DNA of 64,000 bases. It comes from Felis catus. Lineage: Eukaryota. The stretch is from NCBI RefSeq assembly GCF_018350175.1, contig NC_058382.1:54500001-54564000 (forward strand), in the 5' to 3' direction. Made by a program: the position numbers and the translations under genes. A model generated the notes under the pieces. It saw only the letters and a list, made by a program, of their open reading frames with translations. It was not told where the DNA came from and searched no databases. Shown in pieces: positions 1 through 12,287 of this stretch. Each line of letters begins with the position of its first letter. Within the stretch, counting starts at the first letter, position 1.

Positions 1-870
1 GGAAGTTTACTGGACTGGACAGTGCTAGACCAGGCACACAGAACGCCCTGCCAACTTCTCACCAAACTTAAAAACACCATGTCTGTTTGTTCCTCTTGCA
101 TTTCCAACACCTAGTACACTGGCTGGCCTGCCTTGGGGAGTCCCATAAGGACTTCTATGAAGGTGCAGAGTGACACCAGGAATTGTGACCCCTCACACCC
201 TCTCCTCACTGAGAAGGGCTTTCTTGTCTCCTTTGAGGGGCACTGCAATATATGGCAAGGACCGCACCTCAGGCAGCTTCCTTGTCCAAGCCCAAGAGCA
301 GCATTGGGAGGCCAAGAATAAGACAAAGGGGGTAGACTGTGTCAGACCCTCCCAAGGCCTGGCTAATGTCCCAGGAGAGTCTAGAGGCCATTCGGGAGCT
401 GCTCCTAATTTCTATACCAACAGAAGTATGACACACTGTCTCTAGAAAACACCAATGAATACTTGCACGGCCCTTCATAGTTCAAAAGCAATGCCCTGGT
501 CTCCTTTGATCCATACAACTGGGGAAGCAGAGACCTCCTTTCAATAGTGAGAAAACTGAGATGCAAAGAGATTAACAAGAGACGGCTTGCCAAAGATACA
601 TAAAGAAGCCAACATCCCAGCAAAAAATCCTGACTCTAAACTTGCCTTGCGTACCATCTCATCTTCCTTTTTCCCCTAAGACGTGGAGATGGGTCCTAGG
701 CCTTCTTGAGAGCACAGGCGGGGGCCCACTCACCTGTGTAGCTCACCCGTGATACCTAAGCAGGGTCTTCCTCAAGCAATCAAATAATGCCTATGCTTGG
801 TTTTCACATCTCACTCTCTTCCCCAGGTAGAAGAAGACAAGTCAAGTCCAAGGGGGAAATGAGTCAAGTA

Positions 871-1105
871 CAGTAAAACCTTGGATTGTGAGTCACTTGT
901 TCTGCGAGTGTTCCGCAAGACGAGCAAACACTTCTAATAAATTTTAACCTGATAAACGGGCGACGTCTTGCAACATGAGTAGCACGTGACACCGAACGTC
1001 ACATGATCACAACTGAGCCAACGGTTTTTGAAATTTACTTTGGTATACAAGTGCGGTGGATTACAAGCATGTTTCTGGAACGAGTTATGCTTGCAAACCA
1101 AGGTT
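871..1105. mobile_element. Short non-autonomous Tigger-type element (MITE)
   Basis: TA then CAGTAAAACCTTGG at the left end; partial inverted copy CCAAGGTT at 1098-1105; CpG-rich; exact subfamily not assigned. Confidence 0.75.
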
Positions 1106-1369
1106 AGGAAGTACAGTAAGTACTTGGAAGTGCACTTCTGAGTAGTCAACTCCAGAAATAGAGGATTGTTGCACACATCAACTTCAGAGAAGTGAGTTCC
1201 TCATACTGACAGAAGCTATGGGCCACAAGTAAGACAGGGTTTTCAGGGCAGACAACAGGCATTTGTGCCCATGTGGCCATGTTCTGGAGGTTTTTGTCAC
1301 ACACACACACACGGAATCTGTGGACACTCACAGTGTTCCAAGAATATAATTTAAACCTCACCACACCTG

Positions 1370-1560
1370 AAATGTTGTCAATTAAACCACAACTCTATGA
1401 AGTAGGTGCTAGAATTAGTCTCATTTCACAGCTGAAGAAACCGAGGTTCAGGAAGGTTAAGTAAATTTGCTCTCCATCATTACAGCTCGACAGCGACAGA
1501 GCTGGGATCTGAATACAGGTTTGTCCTATTCTAAGCTCCTTCCCACGGCAATACTCCGAC
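1370..1560. mobile_element. MIR remnant (others at about 13470-13630, 34990-35230, 56230-56420)
   Basis: MIR core CATTTCACAGCTGAAGAAACCGAGGTTCAGGAAGGTTAAGTAAATTTGC. Confidence 0.7.
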
Positions 1561-2097
1561 TCTCAACAAAGCCTGAAAGAGACATTGTGGATTTATAGGA
1601 ATTTGTCATGGAAAATAAGGCCTTAGGAGAAAAAAATTCTTGAAAATAGTTATGAATAGGCTTCTACATGGATAAATATATACATATTTTGAACATATTC
1701 CTAATTCCACTCTGTGTTTCTGTTGTCAACACCTGTTTTTTTGTTTGTTTGTTTTTTTAAGGCTTCCCTCTGTCTTTAGCAGGAAAACCCAGAACCCAAC
1801 AGAGTCCACAAAAATAAAAATAAATGTTATCTAGGAAAAGAAGAACCAATGGTACTGAGTCCTTTTCTCAGAAAAGTACATATTGATGACACATTATATT
1901 TCTAGAGGAAATTACGTCTTGACTTTGAGAGTCTAAGACTCTTTAAAAAATTTTATTATGGAAATTTCATTCATTAAGGAAGAGAGAAAAATATAATAAA
2001 CCCCTATGATCGACCTTTTATTTTCAACAGTTATATACTCATGGCCAGTCTTGTTTCATCTAATCCCCCTACACTCACTTTGTTTGCTCGTATTTTA

Positions 2098-2318
2098 TTT
2101 TATTTATTTTTTTTTCAACGTTTATTTATTTTTGGGACAGAGAGAGACAGAGCATGAACGGGGGAGGGGCAGAGAGAGAGGGAGACACAGAATCGGAAAC
2201 AGGCTCCAGGCTCTGAGCCATCAGCCCAGAGCCTGACGCGGGGCTCGAACTCCCGGACCGCGAGATGGTGACCTGGCTGAAGTCGGACGCTTAACCGACT
2301 GCGCCACCCAGGCGCCCC
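2098..2318 (-). mobile_element. Young felid CanSINE (SINEC_Fc-like)
   Basis: Full tRNA-derived head, (CT)n and A tail; CpGs intact; target-site duplication GCTCGTATTTTA. Confidence 0.95.
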
Positions 2319-2619
2319 TGTCGCTCGTATTTTAAAGTAAAGCCCAGGCATCTATCAGTTACCCTGTGAATACTTCAAAAACTTTGAATGCATCTTTAAC
2401 TGATAAAGACACCTTTTCAACATAATCACAATCCATTATCACACTTAACAAAATTACAGTAATCTCTTATCATCTGAAACCCAATCATACTTAAATTTCT
2501 CCAACTGCTCCCCAAAATGTCTTTTTTTTTGCAGTTAGTTTGTTCCCATCAGAATCTGAGCAAGATTCATATATATCACATTTTGTTATGTTTCTTGAGT
2601 CTCTTAATTTTACATCACC

Positions 2620-3215
2620 CACAAAACTGGACTCGAAATGGATTAAACACTTAAACATAAGACCTGAAAACTATCAAACTCCTAGAAAACTAAATTAGGA
2701 AAAAGCTCCTTGACAGTGAGTGATCTGGGCAACATTTTTTTGCCTAGGACACTAAAAACACAAGCAACAAAAGCAAAAATAAACAAGTGGGACTACATCG
2801 AACTAATAAGATTCTGCACAACAAAAGAAACAAACAACAAAATGAAAAGGCAATCTATAGAATGGGAAAAAATATTTGCAAACCATATATATCTGATAAA
2901 GGGTTACTCTCCAAAATATATAAGGAATTTATACAACTCAAAAGCAAAAAAAAAAAACAAAACAAAAAAAAACAAAATAAACCAAAAAACAAACAAAAAG
3001 ATTAAAAAACGAGCCAAGGACCTAGACATTTCTCCAGAGAAGACATATAAATGGTCAAAAGGTACATTAAAAGATGCTCAACATCACTAATCATAGGAGA
3101 AATGCAAATCAAAACCACAATGAGATATCACCCCACACTCTTGAGGATGACTCATCAAAAAGACAAGATAATAAGTGTTGGGAGGATGTAGACAAAAGGG
3201 AACCCTTGGCTCTTG
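2620..3215 (+). mobile_element. L1 fragment (ORF2 C-terminal region)
   Basis: Translates to QATKAKINKWDYIELIRFCTTKETNNKMKRQSIEWEKIFANHI, typical of L1 ORF2p; frameshifted. Confidence 0.9.
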
Positions 3216-3659
3216 GGGATAATGGGAAGTATGAATGTTCTGGGTACAGAGCAAACACTCCAGTTTAGCCAGGTCTAAATCACTCCGTACAGAATGCTTC
3301 AACTACTCAGCTCCCCACCCGGCAGAGCACAGTAGAAAGCAAATGCCCTGAGAATTTCATAACTGTTTTGCTCTCGAGTTAAATAAGATTTTGCTGTCAT
3401 ATTCAATATGACAACATGTCAAATTAACACTCCCTCAATATAATATATCACCAATAGGAACTGTTCTCAAAAACTTCAGTACAAAAGCCATTTCAGAAAA
3501 GTGCTTAAAAATTGACTGGAGAAAAAGAACTAAGCTAGAGAAGTGACCAAGGAGAGTGGAGGAAAGTCTTTAACCTCAAAGATGTAGTCATTTAAAACAA
3601 AACAAAAAAAAGTAGTCATTTTATGGAAGGTAGTCACATCAGAGATAGTCTAAATCAAA

Positions 3660-3810
3660 TTTTTAATATACTTATCTCCTGGGGAGTTTATTAAAATGCA
3701 GGTGCTCAGTCAGTAGGTGAGGGGTAGGGCCCGAGACTCTGTATCTCGAACAAGCTGCCAAGTGATGCTGACACTGCTGGTCCACGGACCACAGTTTGAA
3801 CAGCCGGAGT
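3660..3810. mobile_element. MER5-type hAT-Charlie remnant
   Basis: AACAAGCTGCCAAGTGATGCTGACACTGCTGGTCCACGGACCACAGTTTGA; similar remnants at about 40105-40230 and 52180-52360. Confidence 0.75.
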
Positions 3811-5004
3811 CCAGATGTAGATGAAGGCCTAGTGAAAAGAGAATGTTCCCTCTCTGCCCTTTCTGCCTCCCCACATCCTCCCAGCTCCTTTCATACCCAC
3901 TCATCCTCTAGGAATGAACGCTCAGTCCTCTAACTCTTCAAAGTACAACCATTCCTTGTGAGCAACGTCTCTGTGGGCTAAAATCTTAGGCACGGGACAC
4001 TTGCTCCTGGTAATGCAGCTGATTCTATCATCTGAAAGCTTTCCCGATAAAAAGTACTTGAAAATACTAAAGAACACATCTCAAATGAAATGTGTGAGGC
4101 ATCGCTGACCTTACAGGAAAGCACAGAAAATCTATGGAGGCTGAAACAGAAAACTGTAAGCCAAACAGGTAAATGCATCAACAGATGCGCAGTATCCTAG
4201 ACCAGCCCCGTAAACCTAGAAACAGGTTTTCATACATAGGCCGGACGAAGATGGAGAACATGGGTCTGTAGGAGGAGTGGTACGGAGATAAGAATCCCAC
4301 GTGGTGCCAGCCCCCAAAAGGCACCCCTCTAAGAAAACGTAACTACCATAGGGAGACCAAAGCCTGACACCGTGAGCTCCAAGAAGAAAAAAATTTTTTC
4401 ACCCAGAATTCATAACCATGAGTTTTCTTCCCTCTCCTCATTACTCAAGGGGTCTAGGAATTCCTAAACAACAAACTTAGCACAAAAGGTGGCTCTGACT
4501 CCCTAATCCCTCTGGGGTACCTAAGCAGAGGCAAATACCAGAGCTCTCAAGGGTGTAGAGGTATTCTCTCTCTTCTCCCTGCGTCTCCCCAGCTCGTGCT
4601 TTTGTTGTCTCTCTCAAAAAAATAAATAAGTAAATTTAAAAAGCAGCAGCAGTAGCAGCCTGGCAAAAAAAAAAAGGGGGGGGGGAGGGATTGGGGGGGG
4701 GGCAACTGCAGCAAAAATTGCTGGTCCTATAGCTACTCCCTGTCCGCCATGATCCACACCAGCAAATCGAATACCTGACATCCTGCCTCTCCCCAGCTGA
4801 AGTCCATTTCAAATTCAAGTCTCACTGCTTAATGGATACCAATTCAGTAAAGCCTAACTGTAAGAGAATCTGAGAAAATGTGGGACTTGGCTTTCCAGAT
4901 GAAGCAGTATGGGGAAGCACACGTAACTGACGCTGAGCAAGTTCATCAACCACAGACAGGGACTTCCTTAACCACGCAATGGTGTCTTCAAGAAACGTAC
5001 TGCA

Positions 5005-5191
5005 GGGGCGCCTGGGTGCGTGAGTTCGAGCCCCGAGTCGGGCTCTGTGCTGACAGCTCAGAGCCTGGAGACTGCTTCGGATTCTGTGTCTTCCTCTCTC
5101 TCTCTCTCTCTCTCTGCCCCTCCCCTGCTCATGCTCTGTCTCAAAAATAAATAAAAACATTTAAAAAAAAATCTTAAAAAAAAAAAAAAAA
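5005..5191 (+). mobile_element. CanSINE with internal head deletion
   Basis: GGGGCGCCTGGGTG joined directly to CGTGAGTTCGAGCCC; TSD AGAAA(C/G)GTAC(T/C)GCA. Confidence 0.9.
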
Positions 5192-5229
5192 AGAAAGGTA
5201 CCGCAAACACGTCACTAACCAGTGAAATG

Positions 5230-6560
5230 TTCGGATTTAATGTCAGTAACAAAACTAGTCTGATGCTGCTATTAAACACTGTACTAGATGCCTAAGTGCA
5301 ATTTTTTTTTTTAAAGTGTAAGCATTAGAAAGGAAGAAGCAATACTGTTAATACATTCACAAGTGACATGACTGCCTACATAGAAATACCTAAATAATCT
5401 ATAAACTATTAGAATTAAAATTCAGCAGACTTTCTAGATATAAAATCAATATAAAGAAAGCAACTGCATTATACCCATAATAATAAAATAGAATATGTGA
5501 TTTTTAAAGTACCACTTAAGAACAAATCTAGCAAAAGATGCGTAAGGTTGTCATTTAAAAATCATTTAAAAAACTGGCGGGGGGGGGGCACGACTGGGTG
5601 GCTCAGTCGGTTAAGCTTCCGACTTCAGCTCAGATCATGATCTCACAGTTCATGGGCTCAAGCCCCACAATGGGCTCTGTGCTGACAGCTCAGAGCCTGG
5701 AGCCTGCTTTGGATTCTGTGTCCCTCTGTCTGCCCCTCCCCTGCTCATGCTCTATGTGTGTGCCTCTCTCTCAAAAATAAATGAACATTAAAAAAAATTA
5801 AAAATCATAAAAAACGTAGAAACATAGAAGACCAGAAAAAAATGGAGAGACGTATACCATGTTCATAGATTTAAACAGCTTAATATCAGTGAGATGTATT
5901 CATATATGTCTGCAACTATTTACAGTATAATTTAGAAACTTCTAGCACAGTTGAAGATGTATCCTTACAGCTCAACAAAATCCAAGGTTTATACTCAAGA
6001 GACACTCTCGCAGACTGCACAAGACATGTAAGAATGCTAACTAAAGCATTTTAAAAGCAACAAAAATCCAGTGTCTAAAGTGACCATCAACAGGAAAATG
6101 CATAAACTGTGGTACAGTCATACAATGGAATATTACACAGCAGTTAAAATGAATAAAGAAGAGTTTCATTTAGCAACATAATTGTGAAAAAAGTGAGCTA
6201 CAGAAGGCTATACACATCATGACAACTTCTCAACAAAATATTTAGACATGCAAAATCATACAGTTCATGTGTACTTACATATATATCACAAGTATAAAAA
6301 CATACATGGGAATGAAATACATCAGAGCAGTCTATAGTCACCTTTGATAAAGGAAGGAGAATGGGATTGGGGTGAGACACACAGAAGGCTTCACCCACAT
6401 CTGTAACATGTTATTTATCAAAAAAAAAAAAAAGACCTGAAACACAGTGAAACATTAAAATTAATAAAAGTTAAAAAAAAATTTAATTAGTAAAGCTGGA
6501 TAGTGGGTACGCGGGTGTTCATGTAGTATGTACAGTTTTCTGTGAACCTGAGAGGTTTCC
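5230..6560 (+). mobile_element. Old L1 fragments interrupted by a SINE
   Basis: ORF2 and 3' UTR-like motifs such as TAAACTGTGGTACAGTCATACAATGGAATATTACACAGCAG. Confidence 0.7.
5585..5805 (+). mobile_element. CanSINE
   Basis: GGGTGGCTCAGTCGGTTAAG head, (CT)n, A tail. Confidence 0.9.
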
Positions 6561-9500
6561 TTTACAAAGAGAACGGCAAGGTTGGCTAGCTTAACAAAGG
6601 TGACACACGTGTGTGTGTCCCTCATGCTGTCAGAGGTGGTTCACACTGAGCGGGTGTCTTCCACAGGTTTCTGCAAGCGAGAGCAGCTCAGCCAGCTCGA
6701 TCCCCCGCCCCGCCTCTCTATCATCAGTCTCGTTTTCAACGTCCCGTCTTCCCAGATGACCAGCTGGCTGTGAGAGCCGAGATGCGCTCGGAGGAAGGAG
6801 ACTGCCCCCCAGGCTTCCAGCCTAGGCCACCTGCTCCACCTGGAATACCACCGAGTCAGCAGGCTGGTAACAAGGCTTCCTCTGGTCTCCCCCTTGCACT
6901 CTCAGCTATGGACTTTCTCCTCCAGGAACCTCACCGTGCGGGGGGCAGCGTTTGGCAGATCTGAACCCCCGGATATAAGAGCACATAAAGGGCACCAATT
7001 TTCATCTGACTGTGGTGGCAAAGCCACCTCACCTGGGACTTGGGGACTTGTTCTTTTGCTAGGCACAGAAAGATCTCTGGTGTGTCCACCTGGCAGGCCA
7101 ATGACATCACCTTTATAGATTTACCCCAAACGCTCTCAGGAAATGAACTTGGTGCTTTAAGCCAAAAACTCCATGGAGATTAAAGTGGTTTTAAACCCCA
7201 TTTGTGCAGGGTCAGAAAAAGTTCAACTTTCTATCCTCACTCTTAAGTACAACTGTGCAGTGTTTCTTGCAGTAAAACGTTAATAAATTTGTCAAGAACA
7301 GAGAATCAGGGCTCAGGGCAGTCTACAAAATTAGATTTCTCAGGAACACCTTGGCCTGAGCTCTTCAACTTGGAGAGACGGTCCTTTAGGACCCAAAGCC
7401 GCTAGAAATCCACACTAAATACATCTATCACTTCACTCCGTATCCTGCATAGCCCTACAGTGTCTTCCCACCGCCCTGGAAAGGAAACCCAGATTCCTCA
7501 GCAGGACTCAGGTGGTCCTTTGTGATGCGCGCCCTGCCCTCACTTGGACTGTGTCCAGCTCGTTCAGCACTGTAGTACCAGCACACGATGAGGTGCCAGG
7601 TGCCTGATAAATGCAAGAGGACGTAGGACGTCTGCTCCTTCCCACCCCCTCTCCCTCCAGCCTCTCAGGCTCCTACTACAAGTGGCAGTAAAAAAAATTT
7701 AAAATTAAAGAAATAATAAAAAATTAAAAAATAAACCAGAAACCCCCAGGAGGAAAGTGCACTTGCTCCGCAAAGGAGAGAGAAAACTGAGATTTCACTC
7801 GGATCCGCAGAGGGCTGGGAATAGCAGGCAACCGGCGACATGTCCCAAACCAGAAGAAGGTGGTGGTGTCTCAACAGAAAGAGAAGCAGACGGCCTGGTG
7901 CTGGGGCACAAATCCAGCCATCAAGGCACAGGCAGGTCCCATTTCCTCCCTGATCCACCTGGCACACGGTGACTGTAGACCCTGCGAACTCCAGCAGTCC
8001 TGGACTACAGGTGCTCCATCACAGAGGGCACAAGGGTCTTGCGTTAGCGTACATTTTGGGGGACAGGTACTTTCAAGTGGGAGAGGTGACCATCAGTGGG
8101 CCATCAGTGAGGATTCTTTGCATTCTCTCTGCCCGGCAGCGGTGCGCCGCAGGGGGCCGGAGTCAGCTGGTCCCAGCTCGGGGAGCCTCCTGTGAGCACC
8201 TCTTCCCAGCTCCACCGTCAGGGACAGGGACATCGGCTTGGCAGGCTGAAATCTGCCGTGGCAGGATGGACACCACAGAAAATAGCAAACGCTACAAGTT
8301 AGTGCCTTTTATTTTCCTTCTCCAGGGTTTTTAAACATTTACCAGACACGACTAGTTACAGAGAACCATGTTAGTGTGCCTGAGATGTGGGCCCCCGGAG
8401 AGCAGAAACAGAGCCCGGGTGACAGCAGCACATCCCATACAAACAGGTTACTTATTGCTCTCTGAAAGGAATACTTTCCATTTCCTATGGTGCTTCATTT
8501 TCGGTTTCGAGTTAGTTTTCTGGGGGGAAAAAAAAACCCAAAACAAAACAGTATCCCTGTCGGCATGGGCCCTGAATCTCACTCACGTCTGCATCCTCAA
8601 AGATGTCACTCCACAGATCAACACCTCCCTCCTTTCTGGCATTCTTTTCAGGAGACAACCCTTTCCCAAGTGTCACTCACCATTGCCTTTCGATTTTGCG
8701 AGTCCCCCTCTCGACCTCACATTATCCTTTCCATCAGAGCCAAGCCCTTCCAATTACTTGTGTCCCTCCGGCTCAGCCCTTATTTAATCCAGTGACACTC
8801 CGTCCTCTGGACCCTTCCTGCCCATCTCTACGGTTTGCCTTCTCTCCCTACACCTGCTCCTTCTCCACATATGGGGCTCCTTTTCTTGTCCTGAAATAGT
8901 CACGGAAATGCACAGAAGACACACCCAACTGTCAATTATTGGAGCCAAGGGACATCAGGGTGTGAAATCTATCAAACTTAGATTGTCTCGGTGTTCCACC
9001 GAAATGTGGTATTTACGTAATTTTAAAAACTCAAGTGACCCCGAAGTTTCATCTATAAAGCACCTCAGGCGGCGTGCTAGCACCTCTGGCCCACAGGCTG
9101 CCAGCGGCCACACGTAAGCTGTTGTCTCCCGATTCCGTCGTCATGCAGACAACTACTACGCTCCGGACCTGCGTCCTCAGAAGCCGAAGAGCCATCTCCG
9201 CCCAGGGCCTTCCGCACACACCTCGAACCCAGCACTCTCCCCCACACCTCTGCTACCCCCCCTCCCATTCCCACTCGGGGCAGGGCCCCAGCAGCATGCA
9301 GACACAAACGCCCAAGACCTCCTCGCCAGCCATGCTGAATCTGTGTTCAAACTGCCCTCAAATCCAGCCATTCGTCTGAATTTCCAAGCCTCTTTGCTAT
9401 TTCAGGCCTTCACTCACCACCCAAATTAGGACAAAAATCGAACGGGACTCCCTGGGTATAACCTTCTTTCTCCAATCTATCTCCTAAACCATAACCAGAA

Positions 9501-9620
9501 AGATCTTACTAAAATGCAAATCGAAACACATCACCTTTCCAACTAAGGCCCCTCCATAAATCCCTAATCACCATATTAAAATCTGCAGCTGGTCACAAGA
9601 GCATCGAAGAAAAACTTCCA

Positions 9621-9860
9621 GGGGCGCCTGGCTGGCTCAGTCAGCTGAGTGTCTGACTCTTGATTTCAGCTCCGGTCATGATCCCAGGGTGGTGGAACTG
9701 AGCCCCGCTTCGGGCTCTGTAAGGAGCATGTAGCCTGCTTGAGATTCTCTCCCTCCCGCTGCCCACCTCCCCAGCTCACACTTGCTTCCTCTCTCAGAAT
9801 AATAAAAATAAATAAAAAAAATTAATAAAAAATTCATTCGTTTAAAAAAAAAGAAAAAAA
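9621..9860 (+). mobile_element. CanSINE
   Basis: GGGGCGCCTGGCTGGCTCAG head, A tail, TSD-like AAAAACT(T)CCA. Confidence 0.9.
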
Positions 9861-10770
9861 CTCCAACTGAATTCAAAGACATCTTTTATCTTCCTCCACC
9901 AACAGCTCTCATACTCCAGTCATGTTAAACAATTTGAAGTTCCCTAGAATGCATTCCATTTTTACTCCATTTGTCAAAGATTACCTTGCTAAGTGGCTGT
10001 CTTGGAATGGCTCCTTCTCCTTGAAGGCTGGGTATGGATGCCCTTTCTATGTTTTCTAGGACACCCACCTCATCATGGCACTACTATGCTACTGTAATAG
10101 TCAACTCATGCGTTTACTACAAGCATCTAAAGGCAAGATGTCTCATTTCTGCACCTGTTCTGACAAGGAGGAAGGGGCTGAATAAATATTCATAAATCTC
10201 AGTCTCAGAAAGGCCCTCAGAATTAATTCTACTTCTTTCTCCATCTCTCCAGCAAATGCCTGCTACTCTCTGTGACCACCTTGCTCAGTGAATGTCCAGC
10301 CCCTTGAACACCTCTTATGATGAGAAAAGCACTTATTGAACACTACTATCAACAAGGCCTCACTCTGGACATATACACAGACTTCACTAGAAGGTGCACA
10401 CAGCTCACAATCTGTCGACATCTCAACTGACAAGAAGATCAAGACCCTGCTGCGGCTGTGGCTGGAAGCTGCTGACTTCTAGATTGTCACCAGTTTCAGA
10501 AACACCTGGCAGAAAGAGCCCTGGTGGGGGTGTGGGGGTGGGGGGGTAGGGGTGACCACTAGAAATGAATCTGGAAACAATAAAGTTGGGCCATTTTCAT
10601 ATAGTTAATACAGCTGAGACTCCCCCAAACTCTTTTTGCCCTAGCTTGTGTCTTCAATGTTTAAGCTCCAAAATCAGTACATTGTCAAAAAGGAGAGTCT
10701 AATGGGACCATTTTGCCCTAATTGCAAGAAAGTCTAAGAGAACAGAGACCATATGATTCAAGTCAATTAT

Positions 10771-10776
10771 TTTATT
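10771..10776 (-). terminator. CMC2: Likely CMC2 poly(A) signal AATAAA; a second candidate lies at 11242-11247 inside Tigger1
   Basis: Plus-strand TTTATT at 10771-10776, about 270 nt beyond the end of the Tigger1 insertion. Confidence 0.6.
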
Positions 10777-11049
10777 GAAGGAGATAAGTTACACAAATGT
10801 TAACTGATTGTTGGCAAAGGGAGGGTACATGTTACGAGTCAGGTGTGTTGGCAGAAGGGAGAGAGTACCTAAGGCTCTCTGCCTAACAAAATACTCAGAA
10901 TCGGGGTTTCCATATTTCTCCATGGCTTGATTTCTCATGAGTCACTTTCTGTCCAAAGGATTCTGGAGACCAAATGAGGTAAGATTCTTTCAGTTATCCA
11001 CCAAGAGGTTTTAGGTCTTCTCTCAGCTAAGGCACCTAGTGGAAGTATA

Positions 11050-12196
11050 CAGGCAAACCTCAGAGATCTTAAAGATTTGGTTCCAGACCACAAGAAAGCA
11101 AATACCACAGTAAAATGAGTCAAATGACTTTGCTGGCTTCCCAGCACATATAAAAGTTATGTTTACACTACCCTGTAGTCTAGTGAGTATACAATAGCAT
11201 TACGTCTAAAAATCAATGTACACGCCTTCATTAAAAAATACTTTATTGTTTATAAGGTGCTAACCATATCACCTGAGCTTTCCGCAAGTCAGTCTTTTTG
11301 CTGGTGAAGGGCCTTGCCTCCACGTGGCTGGAGCTTCTGCAATAGCGCCTGCCGCTTCACCTTGGACTTTGAGGTTAGGACGACAGTCTCTTTCCTTTGT
11401 GCCTCATGAACCAATATCGGCCAATTTCAAGCTTTTCTTGTGCAGCTTCTTCGCCTCTCAGCCTCCATGGAACTGGAGAGAGTTAGCACTTTGCTCTGGA
11501 TTAGGCTTTGGCTTAAGAGAATGTTTCCTCTTCTATCCAGACCGCTGAAACCTTCTCATCAGCAGTAAGTCCTCTCGCTCTCTTCGCATTTGCGTGTCCG
11601 CTGGAGGAGGCCTTTTGATCTCCTTCGGGAACTTTCCCTTTGCACTCACAGCTTGGCTAAATGACGCAAGAGGCCTGGCTCCGGCCTATCTCCGCTTTCA
11701 ACATGCCCTTCTCTCTAAGCGTAATCACTTCTAGCTTTTGACTTAAAGTGAGAGACGAGGGACTCTTCCTGTCACTTGCACCCTTAGAGGCCAGCGTAGG
11801 GTTCCTAACTGGCCTAATTTCAATACTGCTGAGTCTCAGGGAACAGGAAGGCCCGAGGACAAGGGGAGACGAGGGAAGGGCTGGTAGGTGAGCCGTCAGA
11901 ACACACACAACGCTGATGAAGTTCACTGTCTTCTGTGGACACGCTTCGTGATGCCCCGAAACAATGACAATAGTAACATCACAGACCAGCATAAGAATTA
12001 TAATAGTGATCATAAAGTTTGAAATATTGTAAGAATTACCAAAATGCAATACAGAAACACGAGGTGAGAAATGCTGTTGGAAAAATGGCACCAATAGACT
12101 CACTCGACGCGAGGTTGCCACCAACCTTCAATTTGAAAAAAATGCACTAGCTGCGAAGCTCAATAAAATGAAGCACAATAACACGAGGTATGCCTG
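11050..12196 (-). mobile_element. Tigger1 (TcMar-Tigger) DNA transposon, internally deleted
   Basis: Terminal inverted repeats CAGGCAAACCTC at 11050 (preceded by TA) and CGAGGTATGCCTG ending at 12196; degraded transposase N-terminus LASKGASDRKSPSSLTLSQKLEVITLREKGMLKAEIGR on the minus strand. Confidence 0.93.
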
Positions 12197-12200
12197 CAAT

Positions 12201-12287
12201 TTATTTTTCAGATTCCTCTGCGGGATTAAAAAGTCTTTTTCTCATCGCATTGCCATGCTCCCTGCTCTTGGTCCTCTTTTCCATGTA
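12201..12287 (-). CDS. CMC2: CMC2 last coding exon
   Basis: ttttattttccag|TAC ATG GAA...GAA AAA TAA; YMEKRTKSREHGNAMRKRLFNPAEESEK*. Confidence 0.97.
   Translation of the reverse strand, partial: YMEKRTKSREHGNAMRKRLFNPAEESEK

Noticed and set aside
2710..3090. 126-aa ORF with L1 ORF2p similarity as an active element
   Set aside because: Short, frameshifted fragment without the endonuclease or reverse transcriptase core.
4676..4702. G-run cluster as a functional G-quadruplex (also 10525-10553)
   Set aside because: Homopolymer-rich, error-prone in assemblies, and with no supporting context.
11320..12124. Tigger1 transposase ORF (11657-12124) as a domesticated CENP-B-like gene next to CENPN
   Set aside because: The start codon position reads CTG, the frame shifts after AEIGR with more disruptions downstream, and the catalytic region is deleted. 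Proximity to CENPN appears coincidental.
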